This document shows, piece by piece, positions 1 through 12,868 of a DNA stretch of 64,000 nt. The DNA lies in assembly GCF_006345805.1 (NCBI RefSeq), contig NC_043010.1, forward strand, positions 20,212,001-20,276,000, written 5' to 3'. The position numbers and the translations under genes were made by a program. This DNA comes from Octopus sinensis. Its lineage: Eukaryota. Under the pieces are notes generated by a model. That model saw only the letters and a list, made by a program, of their open reading frames with translations. It was not told the DNA's origin and ran no database searches. Each line of letters opens with the position of its first letter. Within the stretch, counting starts at the first letter, position 1.

Positions 1-27
1 CACACACACACACACACACACACATAT

Positions 28-377
28 ACTCTTTTACTTGTTTCAGTCATTTGACTGGCCATTCTGGAGCACCACCTTTAGTCAAGCAAATCGACCCCAG
101 GACTTATTCTTTGGGAGCCTAATACTTATTTTATTGGTCTCTTTTGCCAAACCGCTGTCAAGCGATGTTGGGGGGGGGGGACAAACACAGATACACAAAC
201 ATATACACACACACATACACATATATATATACATATATACGACAGGCTTCACAAGGCTTTGGTCAGCCCGAGGCTATAGTAGAAGACACTTGCCTAAGGT
301 GCCACACAATGGGACTGAACCTGGAACCATGTGGTTGGTAAGCAAGCTACTTACCACACAGTCACTCCTGTGCCTAT
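28..377 (-). mobile_element. tRNA-derived CORE-type SINE (family S1)
   Basis: The reverse complement has A-box-like (gtggctgtgtggtaag) and B-box-like (ggttcagtccc) elements, a CORE-like caccttaggcaagtgtcttctactatagcc, and a 3' gactgaaacaagtaaaag tail. Confidence 0.8.
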
Positions 378-460
378 AAAAAAATGATGAACAACCTTAA
401 TTGATTTTTGAACCTTATTGGGTTCTTGTCAGAGGAGTCTGCATCATTCTGACAGTCTCC

Positions 461-512
<52 letters not shown>

Positions 513-2304
513 TCTTTTCTTTTATTCTTTTATTTGTTTCAGTCATTTGACTGCAGCCATGCTGGAGCACCGCCTTTAGTTGAGCAAATCGACCCCAGGA
601 CTTATTCTTTGTAAGCCTAGTACTTATTCTATCAGACTCTCTTGCCGAACCGCTAAGTGACGGGGACATAAACACAACAGCATCGGTTGTCAAGCAATGT
701 TGGGGGGACAAACACAGGCACACAAAAATATACATACATATATACATATATACATAAAATGAAATGAAAACACAACACGGGGTGCCTTATTCTTCAGTCA
801 AACAATGAGAGACAAAGTGATTTTATATATATACATATATATATATATATACACATACATACATACATATATATTGCATAATCATAGTTTATGATGTGCA
901 TAGGTAGGACTCCATAAATAATAATATAGATAAAATAATTCCTGTCTGCCATATGAAGTATAAAATAGGTTTGTTTGCTTGTCTTTTTTCTTTCTTTTCT
1001 TATTATTAGTAGCTCGTGTCTTAATGCTCTGTACATTAAACAATATTTCTCACATGATGGAGTACTTGTTTTGTTGATCTTATCTTTACATTTTACTTGT
1101 TTCAGTCATTTGACTGTGGCCATGCTGTATAATTTATTTTTGAAAAACATAGCGTAGAAGTGCTCAAGTCGAACCCGAGGCGCTAGACAAGTATAATAGA
1201 TACAATAGAAAAGGCTCAAATCCGGCAGACTATGATTAACACATAGATATACGGGTTGCATTAGGATAAAATAAGAATTGTCCAATGTGAAACATATATT
1301 GATATATTAGAAGTATAAAAATATATGAATACTAAGAATATACGTGGACATCTAGTTATATAGATATGTAAGCATAGTAATAACAGAAAATAGATAAAAA
1401 TAATAATGGAATATAGAAAACTCAAATAATAATAATGGAATATAGAAAAAGACGTTTTTAAAAATTCAAAATATGATATAGAGACAGCAATAGGCATGAA
1501 AAAAGTTTTGGGTAACAGGTTGGAGGAAAATAAGGTGTTCTGAAGATCATTTCAGGGGTACATTTGTCCAGATTACATATGAATCTTAAGAACCATTTCC
1601 ACAGAATGCCCCCATCATCATATGCACACAAACACACAGATACACATATAAACATATATATATACAGGCACATATATACATATCTATGTCCCTGTGACCT
1701 AGGGGTTCAGCAAAAGAGATCGATAGAATAAGTACCAGGCTTAAATAAAAAAAGGAAGTAAGTACTGGGTAACGGGGTCGAGTTGTTCAACTAAAACACT
1801 CCTCAAAGCAGTGCCCCAGCATGGCCGCAGTCCAATGACTGAAACAAGTCAGGTATGAAAGTTAAAAGACATGCCCATATATACCTGTCACTTCACCTTA
1901 ACATATATACACCTATATAGATGTTCTTATCAAGGGTGAAATTATTTAAAGGTGAATGAGCTAGTTGTGTTGTTGCATATATTTATCTATATCTGTCTGT
2001 CTGTCTCTCTCTCTCTCTCTGTATATATATACATTAAGAAAACTGTAAATGGAGAAGTAAAATTTAAAGAAACAAAATTTTCATAAATTTTGATTCTTGA
2101 TAAACTCATGTTTATCTTTGTCTTTAGCTATAATTTTATGAGCATAATATGTTTGCATATGTATGCCCATGGTTAAACATAGGTAATATATCAGCAGTGT
2201 AATGGATACTTCTATTTTAACCTCTAACTTAACTAAGCTATATATATATATAGGTTAGTTGTTGCGTTTTCTCTTTGTTCATGTTGGGATTAACCATATA
2301 TGCA

Positions 2305-2620
2305 TATCATCATCATCATCGTTTAACGTCCGCTTTCCATTCTAGCATGGGTTGGGCGATTTTGACTGAGAGCTGGTGCCAGTAAGGCGACACTGGTAAT
2401 GATCATGCTTGAATGGTGCCTTTTACGTGCCACCAGCACGGAAGCTAGTTAGCCGCTCTGGCAACAATCATGCTCGGATGGTGCTCTTAGCACTCTACTA
2501 GCATGGGCACAGGTGCCAGAAAGGCGACGCTGGTAACAATCGCACTCGAATGATGCCTTGTATGTGGCACTGGCACGGAAGCCGGTTAGCCGCTGTCAAT
2601 GATCACACTCGTATGGTGTA
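2305..2620 (-). mobile_element. RTE-tail-sharing short element (family S2)
   Basis: (CAT)n plus gtttaacgtccgctttccat...gcatgggttgg. Other copies lie near 8720, 20910, 22690, 31640, 33160, 34480, 36500, 40160, 46105, 55250-55560 and 63790. Confidence 0.7.
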
Positions 2621-3026
2621 CAAATATGTAGGTATATATGCTCTTTGTTCATCTTTGGTGCACATTGCTAGTGAAGCAACCATACTTACACTGTAAAGCC
2701 AGAAAGGAAAATTACACGATCAGGCTCAAACTTTGATCACAATAGTACCAATTGTAAGCATGTGTGAACAGAAGGCAGTGTGTCAATAATAAAGATATGT
2801 TATGGTGAAAGTACTGATAATTTTTGACTTCCCGTTGTAGATGTAACATTCAACAATGAACAGCAGAAAGCAGATAATGATGTGTTGAAACAATTGTAAT
2901 GATATGTTATAAAGCTTGTTCAATCTATCTTCTCATATCAATAACTTTTATATACATACATATACATATACATGGTTGCCAAGCAAGTTTCTTAACCAGG
3001 GAGCATGCCATTGCATATATGCATAT

Positions 3027-5017
3027 CATCATCATCGTCGTTTAACGTCCGTTCTCCATGCTAGCATGGGTTGGACGGTTCGACCGGGGTTCTGGGAAGC
3101 CAGAAGGCTGCACCAGGCTCCAGTCTAATTTGGCAATGTTTCTACAGCTGGATGCCCTTCCTAACGCCAACCACTCCGTGAGTGTAGTGGGTGCTTTTTA
3201 CGTGCCACCTGCACAGGTGCCAGGCGGGGCTGGCAACGGCCACGGTCAGATTGGTGTATTTTATGTGCCACCGGCACGGAAGCCAGTCGAGGCGGTGCTG
3301 GCATCGGCCACGAGTCGGATAGTGCTTTTTACGTACCACCAGACCAGGGATCCTGGCTGGTTCAATTCGATTTCGATTTCGCTTGCCCCAACATGTCTTC
3401 ACAAGCAAAGGGGGTTGGCAAGGGTGCCTGTCGTACGGTCGCATTGGAGTATTTTACGTGCCACGGCCACGAGTCGGATAGTGCTTTTTACGTACCACCA
3501 GACCAGGGATCCTGGCTGGTTCAATTCGATTTCGATTTCGCTTGCCCCAACATGTCTTCACAAGCAAAGGGGGTTGGCATGGGTGCCTGTCGTACGGTCG
3601 CATTGGAGTATTTTACGTGCCACGGCCCCGAGTCGGATAGTGCTTTTTACGTACCACCAGGCCAGGGATCCTGGCTGGTTCAATTCGGTTTCGATTTCGA
3701 TTTCGATTTCGCTTGCCCCAACATGTCTTCGCAAGCATGGGGGGTTGGGATGGGTGTCTGTCGTCGGATGAGGTTCTATATCGACTTCGCTTGCCTCAAC
3801 CGGTCTTTGTGTCCAAGGGAGGAAAGGCATTCATAAGTGGGCTGGGCTCACTTGTCCTGCCTGGTCTTCTCACGTACAGAATATTTCCAAAGGTCTCGGT
3901 CTCTGGTCATTTCCTCAGTGAGGCCTAAAGTTCGAAGGTCGTGCTTCACCACCTCGTCCCAGGTTTTCCTGGGTCTACCTCTTCCACGGGTTCCCTCAAC
4001 TGCTAGGGATTGGCACTTTCTCACACACCTATCTTCATCCATTCTCGCCACATGACCATACCAGCGCAATCGTCTCTCTTGCACACCACAACTGATGCTT
4101 CTTAGGTACAACATTTCTCTCAAGGTGCTAACGCTCTGTCGAGTATGTACACTGACATTACACATCCATCGGAGCATACTGGCTTCATTCCTCACGAGCT
4201 TACGCATGTCCTCAGCAGTCACAGCCCATGTTTCGCTGCCATGTAGCATGGCTGTTCGTACACACGCATCATACAGTCTGCCTTTTACTCTGAGCGAGAG
4301 GCCTTTAGTCACCAGCAGAGGTAAGAGCTCCCTAAACTTTGCCCAGGCTATTCTTATTCTAGCAGTTACACTTTCAGCGCACCCACCCCCACTACTGACT
4401 TGGTCACCTAGATAACGGAAGCTATCAACTACTTCTAGTTTTTCCCCCTGGAAAGTGACGGAAGTTGTTTTCTGCAGATTTTCGGAGGTTAATGCTCCCG
4501 AGCATCTGCCACATACAAAAACTATCTTCCCAGTTAGCCTACCTTTGACATTGCTGCACCTCTTATGTGTCCATAGCTTACACTGGGTACATCTTATAGA
4601 GTTTCTACCTACACCTTTTCTACAGATCGAGCAGGGCCATCTTCCTGAAGATATTTGTGGATTGTCTACCTTTCTACTTATTAGTACTTTGGTTTTAGCT
4701 AGGTTGACTCTAAGGCCCCTTGATTCTAAACCCTCCTTCCACACCTGGAACTTCTCCTCCAGTTCTGATAGTGACTCAGCAATAAGAGCAAGGTCGTCAG
4801 CGTAGAGGAGCTCCCAGGGACAGCCTGTCTTGAATTCCTCCGTAATTGCCTGGAGTACTATGATAAATAGGAGGGGGCTGAGTACTGAACCCTGGTGGAC
4901 CCCAACCTCTACTTTGAATTCTTCTGTGTACATGTTGCCAACCCTAACCTTACTTACGGCATCTCTGTACATGGCTTGCACAGTCCTCACCAGCCATTCA
5001 TCTATCCCTAGTTTCCT
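3027..5017 (-). mobile_element. 5'-truncated RTE-clade LINE, young (intact RT C-terminal half, 3' UTR, (ATG)n tail)
   Basis: ORF 5020-3848 has GVHQGSVLSPLLF, LLYADD, FRYLG, MLHGSETW, RLRWYGHV and RGRGRPRKTW. (CAT)n tail at 3027. 13-bp TSD catatatg(c/t)atat at 3014-3026 and 5018-5030. Confidence 0.95.
3306..3750. repeat. 159-bp tandem repeat (about 2.7 copies) inside the RTE 3' UTR
   Basis: ggccacgagtcggatag anchors at 3306, 3465 and 3624. Confidence 0.9.
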
Positions 5018-5734
5018 CATATATGTATATTAATTAGAAGGATGCTAAACAGTAATGAGTGAAATAATGCTGTGTACCTTTATATTTAACATATTCATGT
5101 ATACGTACATCTGGAGAGACCTTCCTACACATTGTCTATAAGGAGAGAAATTCTCATTATAGGGAATGTGTATGAAAATACACTGCTCTGGGCTATGAAT
5201 GATGTCACTTGACAGTAGGAGATGTATCTCTGCATAGCTATGTATCTCTGCATAGCTATGTTTTATCAGCTACAGACAAGAAATCATTATCCATAGCCCA
5301 TTCCTATATTGAAATAACAAAAAATAAACTTGCTGGAGTGTGCAAATCTTTGTCAAGCTGGAATTAATTAAGAGAGGCAACAAGCATCAATATTAAAATC
5401 AAGTCAAAGTGGGGAGCTGACGGAATTATTAGCACGTCAGGCAAAATGTTTAGCGGCATTTCATCCATCTTTACATTCTGAGTTCAAATTCTGTTGAGGT
5501 CGACTTTGCCTTTCAAGGTCAGTAAAAAAGTACCAGTTGAGTACAGGGGTTGATGTAATCAACTTAGCCTATCCTTGAAACTGTTGGCCTCATGCCAAAC
5601 TTGGAAACCAATATTAAAATCAAATGGTGTCCCGTTGTATTTAACATGTTTGTGTATGCTCAGAAACTCAGAAAGTATATATATGACAAGCTTCTTTCAG
5701 TTTCCATCAACAAAATTCATTTACAAGACTTTGG

Positions 5735-5902
5735 TTAGTGCAGGGTTATAATTGTAAACATTTCCCAGGGGGTGTTATCTAGGATTTTATTTGGGTGTTG
5801 CCCAAAAGATTGAAAAAAATTATTCCAGTAAGAGTCAACTCCCTTTTCCTTGACTATTGCCCAAAAATCCTTGGTCTCCTTGGCTGTGCAGTGGAAGTAA
5901 AC
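5735..5902 (-). CDS. Possible exon of unknown product (VYFHCTAKETKDFWAIVKEKGVDSYWNNFFQSFGQHPNKILDN...)
   Basis: Acceptor-like ttttcag|GTT followed by a non-repetitive open frame whose last codons run into a SINE. No recognisable motif. Confidence 0.25.
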   Translation of the reverse strand, partial: VYFHCTAKETKDFWAIVKEKGVDSYWNNFFQSFGQHPNKILDNTPWEMFTIITLH

Positions 5903-6834
5903 CTGAAAACTGCATGACAAGGAAGCAAATTTATTAACCACACAACCATATCCATGTCTTAGCTGTCAGAAACTAAAGCTTTATCCCAACATATCTAGAA
6001 ATAAAATTCCATTTCTTTGATCATTACAGACTTAATTCTAAACTGACTTTGGTGTACATTTTATGAAAGTCGACTCCTGCCTCTTTTTAGCTGTTAATAA
6101 TTCATCCATTGTTCTGTTACACAACTAAAAATAGTTGTAATGTGATAGCTTACACTATAAAAAAAAACAATGATGTATATTGGATAACAAGCAATGAACT
6201 GACGGACAGATGTCTGGGTGGTGTCTGGTGACACAGAGTAAAATACCATTGTTGGAAAAATTTCTGAAATGTGAGAATTTTGGGTGAAAAGAATTAAGGT
6301 GAGAAAAGATGAGAGAATGCCGGAATTTTCAGTACAATGCCAGAAGTATGTGTGTGAATATCCATACATCCATCCACTCATCTCTGTCTAGCTAGCTAGC
6401 TATGCATTTATCTATCTGATATAAATATTGGTTACTTATTTACAATATTTACATTTGACGGATTTTTGTTCTCTCTTGTATAGTTCTGCAAATTATATTT
6501 TCTATGACGGTTGCACTGAAGATTTGCAGACATTTACGTTTGTAAATGGTAACAATGAAACTAAGGTATGTGACTAATCATTATATTTTGTATCTTTTCA
6601 TTTGTCTTGCTCGCTTTACGTTCTGGCATTTGCCAAATTTTCTTGAGAGCAATTTTCCTTACTGGTCAGACCATATGGGGTCTACCTTTAGCATATTAGG
6701 AATCCCCCTAGTGGTCAGTCCTCTTAAATCTATGTAATATAATTTTCTGAATCTTCAGATTTTTACAATAGGCTAGGCCACTGGTTTAAATTGATATTAA
6801 TCTAATAGCAATTTTTACCCTTATTATTTAAATT

Positions 6835-6870
<36 letters not shown>

Positions 6871-7152
6871 TATAAATCAGAAAAAAACCACCTTCTATCA
6901 ATTCAATAATGAAAAATTAAATTATACCATCTAGAAAATTACATATAGAAAGATTAAATATAAGATAAAACATATAACGATGATTAAGTAATGTGCAAAA
7001 TAATAAATAATAAATTGATAGAAGGTGGGTTTTTTTTCTAATTATATATATATATTATATTTTGTGAAATTTGATTTAGTATTTCTAAATTGAATTTTTC
7101 TCTGTAAGTTTGGAATAATATTCCCTCATATTATTATATATGTATATATATA

Positions 7153-8080
7153 TCATCATCATCATCATCATCATCATTTAACGTCCGCTTTCCATGCTAG
7201 CATGGGTTGGACGGTTCAACTGGGGTCTGGGGAGCCCGAAAGCTGCACCAGTCCAGTCAGATCTGGCAGTGTTTCTACAGCTGGATGCCCTTCCTAACGC
7301 CAACCACTCCGAGAGTGTAGTGGGTGATTTTATGTGCCACCGACACAGGTGCCAGACGAGGCTGACAAACGGCCACGCTCGGATGGTGTTTTTTATGTGC
7401 CACCGACACAGGTGCCAGACGAGGCTGGCAGACGGCCACGCTCGGATGGTGTTTTTTATGTGCCACCGACACAGGTGCCAGACGAGGCTGGCAGACGGCC
7501 ACGCTCGGATGGTGTTTTTATGTGCCGCCGACACAGGTGCCAGACGAGGCTGGCAGACGGCCACGCTCGGATGGTGTTTTTTATGTGCCACCGACACAGG
7601 TGCCAGATGAGGCTGGCAAACGGCCATGATCGGATGGTGCTTGTTACGTGCCCACAGCACGGAGGCCAGTCGATGCGGTACTGGCTACGGCCACGTTCGG
7701 ATGGTTTTCTTATGTGCCACGTGCCACCGGCACTGGTACCACAAGATACAAATTCCATTGATGTTCATCTATTTTGATTTGTTTTGATTTGATTTGATTT
7801 TCACTTGCCTCAACAGGTCTTCACAAGTGTCACAAGAAGGAAGGTATGCACAGGTGGACTGACTACGTCCCAGGTAGGGGCCATGGGTTATGGCCTGACT
7901 AGTCTTGCCGGGTCTTCGGATGGTGTTTTTATGTGCCACCGACACAGGTGCTAGATGAGGCTGGCGAACGGCCACGATCGGATGGTGTTTGTCATGTGCC
8001 CACCGCACTGACTACGGCACTGATGGATTTCTTGTGTGCCACAGGCACTGGTACCACAAGATACACATTCCATTGATGTT
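7153..8080 (-). mobile_element. Non-autonomous RTE-tail element with five 62-63-bp internal tandem repeats
   Basis: The (CAT)n tail plus tttaacgtccgctttccatgctagcatgggttggacgg is shared with the RTE 3' end. Sub-repeat anchors at 7331, 7394, 7457, 7519 and 7582. Confidence 0.8.
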
Positions 8081-9373
8081 CACAATGGGCTTCTTTCAGT
8101 TTTCGTCTACCAAATCCACTCACAAGGTTATAGAAGACACTTGCCCAAGGTGCCATGCAGTGGGGCAGAACCCAGAACCATGTGGTTGGGAAACAAACTT
8201 CTTACCATACAGCCATGATTTTCATGTAAGCTGTTTGTCTGTAGATTAGGTTTCTGTTGTTTTTGCATTACTCACTAATTAATGACATTTGCTAATTTAA
8301 GAATTGATAACGAGAGTTTTCAAAGGCAAATATGACTACAATTGTTATCATGTTCATGGTTTTTTCCCACCATAGGGCAAATTCAGAAAATAGACTGTAT
8401 GCATACAATAGTCAAGCCTTTTTAGGAAAAGAAATAAACTAGTTAACATTCATATTGTTTTGTCTTTTTTTTTTACTTGTTTCAGCCATTTGATTGGGGC
8501 CATGCTGGAGCACCACTTGATTGGATGTTAGTCGAAGAAATCAATCTCCCATGACTTATTCTTTGTAAGCCTAGTACTTATTCTATTGATCTCTTTCACC
8601 GAACTGCTAAGTCAGAGGGGCATAAGCGCACCACCATCGGTTGTCAAGTGATGGTGGTGCTGGTGGTGGTGGTGGGGGACAAACACAAATACATGCATAC
8701 ACAAATATATACATATATCATCATCATGATGATCATCATCATATCATCTTCGCCTTCAATGCTGGCATGGGTGGGATGGTTTGACAGGAGCTGGCCAGAC
8801 AGGAGCCTGCACCAGACTTTTGTGACTGTTTTGGCAGGATTTTTACAGTTGAATGCCCTTCCTAACACCAACCACTCAGTAGAGTGGACTTAGTGCTTTT
8901 TATATGGCACAAACACAGGTGAGGTCTGTTTTGGCCTGGTTTTTACAGCTTGATGCCCTTCCAAATGCCAACCACTCAACAGAGTGGACTTTGGGCTTTT
9001 TACGTGGCACAAGCACAGGGGGAGGTCAGTTTTGGCAAGGTTTTTACAGCTGGATGCCCTTCCAAATGCCAACCACATTGCAGTGTGGACTGGATGCTTT
9101 TAAGTGGCACCTGCACTAACAGGGTCACCAAGTACTTGCAAAACAACAAAAAAAAACCTCTTCTGAGAGGGCAGGGGGTATTGGAGGAGGTGATCGTGGT
9201 TGAGTGATGAAAGGTTATAGCGAGACAGAGAAACAGAAATGGGTGTCTTGCGGTAGAAGAGGTACAAGTTTACCAGGCCGGGGAGAGAGGGGGGGATCAG
9301 GAATGAAGACAGAAACAGGTGTGTTGCCACAAAGGATATACATGGTTACCTAGCCTGAGGGAAGTGCAAGAGA

Positions 9374-9431
<58 letters not shown>

Positions 9432-10679
9432 CAGTAGAATAGAGATGGTAGCAAAGTGCTGGGCATATGCCACGATATAATGAGACAGGGCATGGGTGTA
9501 ACACGCAGGTCAGAAGCTAGCGGATAGCAATGATACAGGGCCAAGAGTACAGAATTGGGGAGTGGGATGGAAGCCTGGTGCATGGAGGGGAAATGGAGGA
9601 AGAGAAGTGATGTGGTTTGGTTTGTTGTGGAAGAGGGTGAGAGAAATTTTCCTGTTAATTGTGGGTGGGACACACAGTGCTTCTAGAGCTCAGTTTCGCT
9701 CACATGGACAGGCTTCTTTCAGTTTCCATTTACCAAATCCACTCATAAGGCTTTGGTCAGTCTGAGGCTATAGGTAGAAGATACTTGCCCAAGGTATCAT
9801 GCAGTGGGATGGAACCCAGAACCATGTGGTTGGGAAGTAAACTTCTTTATTTTATTAAATTTGCCATAAAGGCAGTACATAGAGTAAGGTAGCTTGCGGG
9901 CTGGACATGGACATTAATGAGGTGAATGATAATTTAAATTTTAAATTTTATATTTTATATATATATTATATATTATATTAATTATATTTATATTTTTTGT
10001 TATTTATGTATTGGTTTATGTATATCACTGTTTGAGTTGCCTAATAGTGGTTTTATCTCTAATTTGATTTATATATGATGGGCTTCTTTCAGTTTCTGTC
10101 TGCCTAATCCACTCACAAGGCTTTGATCAGCCTGAGGCTATAGTAGAAGACAGTTGCCCAAGGTGTCACGTGGTGGGACTGAACCCGGAACTTCATGGTT
10201 GGGAAGTAAGCTTCTTACCACGCAGCCACCTGCGCCTACTGTGAATACAATCGGTACGAAGAGTACTAAAAATAGGCAAGATTTTTCTCAGCTTCAACAG
10301 GTTGTGTTATGTTTGTTATTTATATTCCAAAAATAGAGCATTGTATCTTTGTTAGAAATCAACTTCTTCCGAGAGGAAGAAATCAAATAATTAAAAATAG
10401 GTAAGAATATGTATCCATTATTGTTTAATGTTTGCTTTCCATGCCGACACGTAAGTACATCTGTATACCCATCCATCCATCCAGCCATACATACATAAAT
10501 ACAAACACGTGTTTGTGTGTGTGTATCAAAAGTTGCTGATCTTCATTGCATTTTGCCCTTAATTGAGGGTAAATCAGAGTTGACTATCGACTCTCAGTAG
10601 AGTAAACATAGTCATTCCCTCAATCCTGTGTATTCAATTTACATCAAAACCACATAAAATATGTTGCTACACTTTTATA

Positions 10680-11423
10680 TTCAAGAGATGAGGAATCATG
10701 TACATTATTCACATTATATGTTTGACGGATATTTGTCCTCATCATATTTGTTGTTAACACGTTTCGGCTCATATACCCTCCAGCCTTCATCAGGTGTCTT
10801 GGGGAAATTTCGAACCTAGGTTCTCGTTCCTAAGGTATTTTCCGATATTATTATTATTACCATTATCATTATTATTATTATTATTATTGAGTGAGAGAGC
10901 AGTGCATGCCATCAAAGTGACACTGGGGTAAAATATACGAAGCCCAATATACCCATCATGACTACCCGTCTGATAAAGGTACACCAGGCACATGCATCAC
11001 AACCATATGTGCGCGACATGGTGATCTCATATCAAGATAAACAGCACATGACCTTGCAGGTGGGGCCCAGTTAGAATTTTCTTCAGATTGAGTAGCCCAT
11101 CCCACTCAAACGGTCCCTGAATAAGGGTTGTTTAAGGATGTTGAAAGAACCACCCATGTTTCCAGAGGTGAACTATTCAAACCCCAAAGAATCCCTCTCA
11201 ACACATGGCTATGATGCTCCCCCACTACTTCTGCTCGTGATCAGAGATGCACATATTGTCAGCCACGAAGGGACATGCTCAACTGGTTAAGGTCAAACAA
11301 CTGACAAGCAAATCTGTGGTATTGAGCAGAATATTTGCTGTAGCCCATCTTTTATACCAAGACAAAACAATGTACATGATAACACTTCCAATCAGTTAAG
11401 ATCAGAAGCCATGAGAGCCACTG

Positions 11424-11472
<49 letters not shown>

Positions 11473-11542
11473 TCACTGCTTGGAATCGAACTCGGAATCT
11501 TGGGGTTAGTAGCCTGCGCTCTTAACCACTACGCCATATGCC
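10680..11542 (-). mobile_element. Same SINE family, split by a 535-bp insertion in its (AAT)n linker (duplicate at about 14090-14950)
   Basis: Head ggcatatggcgtagtggttaagagcg...gagttcgattcc at 11542-11468 and tail at 10850-10680. Confidence 0.7.
10889..11423 (-). mobile_element. Non-coding 535-bp element flanked by (TAA)n on both sides (family S3). Copies at 14302-14834, 54735-55075 (partial) and 61527-61780 (partial)
   Basis: Interspersed repeat starting gagtgagagagcagtgcatgccatcaaagtgac, always next to (TTA)n or a related microsatellite. Confidence 0.7.
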
Positions 11543-11627
11543 CAAGACACCTGATGAAGGCTGGAGGGTGTATCAGCCGCAATATTGTGTTAACAACAAA
11601 CAAGATGAGGACAAATATCCGTTGAAC

Positions 11628-11705
11628 CCTGCACAGTACCTGCAGGCGCTCATAGACAGCATGCCGGCTGTCATTACTGCCAAAGGAGGAGCAACAAGAT
11701 ATTAA
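11628..11705 (+). mobile_element. Tc1-type transposase C-terminal remnant (second copy at 15036-15113)
   Basis: PAQYLQALIDSMPAVITAKGGATRY* matches the Tc1 C-terminal SMP.R..AVI.AKGG.TKY motif. Confidence 0.7.
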
Positions 11706-12215
11706 CTAAATTTCACGATTAATAACAATTATGTGGTATGCTGGGATATGTTTTAATAAATTTTTGATTAAAAACGAGTTCGTTTCTGATAATAAGTTAA
11801 TTAAATTAAGAAAATGTAAGAAAATGTAGAAATTTGAGAAGTGCTACTTAATTTCCAACGCAAGTGTATGTGACGACAATGATATACAGACATGCGTTCA
11901 CACAGGTATATTCAGAGAAAGAAGGAAGGTGAGAAATTGATACTGAATGACTGCATAATGAATAGAGGACAGCAACAAGACAAGTCTTGTTTTCTAAATT
12001 TCTTTTCTTCGTGATATGGTCACTGAATACACTGAATAAAAGCAAATTTCCAAGTTTTAGGAGGGGAAAATGCACTGGTATATCTATTCTCTTCTTCACA
12101 AATACATTGACACAAATACAGACAAGCACTGATACATTCACACCTACATCATCATCATCATCATCGTTTTATAAAGCAGTTCTGCTTGTCACTGTGTTAC
12201 TTGGTCAATGTGATT

Positions 12216-12868
12216 GGAGAAAAAGTGAGAGAGTGAAAAGAAGGAAAGAGAAAAAGAGGGAGGGGAAAAAGTGGGAGGGGGAAAAGAAGGAAAGAGAAAA
12301 AGAGGGAGGGGAAAAAGTGGGAGGGTGAAAAGAAGGAAAGAGAAAAAGAGGGAGGGAGAAAAGAAGGAAAGAGAAAAAGAGGGAGGGAGAGAAAGTGGGA
12401 GAGGGAAAAGAAATAAAGATAAAAGAGGGAGGGAGAAAAAGTGGGAGAATGAAAAGAAGGAAAGAGAAAAGGAGGGAGGGAGAAAAAGTGGGAGAATGAA
12501 AAGAAGGAAAGAGAAAAAGAGGGAGGGAGAAAAAGTGGGAGAGTGAAAAGAAGGAAAGAGAAAAAGAGGGAGGGGGAAAAAGTGGGAGAGTGAAAAGAAA
12601 GAAAGAGAAAAAGAGGGAGGGAGAAAAGAAGGAAAGAGAAAAAGAGGGAGGGAGAAAAGGTGAGAGAGTGAAAAGAAGGAAAGAGAAAAAGAGGGAGAGG
12701 GAAAAGAAGGAAAGAGAAAAAGAGGGAGGGAGAAAAAGTGGGAGAGGGAAAAGAAGGAAAGAGAAAAAGAGGGAGGGAGAAAAAGTGGGAGAGAAAAGGA
12801 AAGAGAAAAAGTGGGAGAATGAAAAGAAGGAGAGAGAAAAAGAGGGGGAGAGAAAAAGTGGGAGAGTG
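12216..12868 (+). repeat. Polypurine satellite, about 47-bp monomer (gggagggagaaaaagtgggagagtgaaaagaaggaaagagaaaaaga)
   Basis: Direct inspection. The + strand is almost only A/G. Confidence 0.9.

Noticed and set aside
7331-7644. 62-63-bp repeats resembling a CRISPR array
   Set aside because: The units are contiguous with no unique spacers, there are no cas genes, and the context is a eukaryotic retroelement.
10355-10400. Plus-strand micro-exon-like segment ending in AG|gtaaga
   Set aside because: It is too short to assess and has no supporting neighbouring exons.
11468-11542. tRNA-like sequences with A/B boxes (also at 30283, 35729, 36804 and others)
   Set aside because: They are heads of interspersed SINEs, with imperfect cloverleaf stems and continuing into SINE bodies, so they are not called as tRNA genes.
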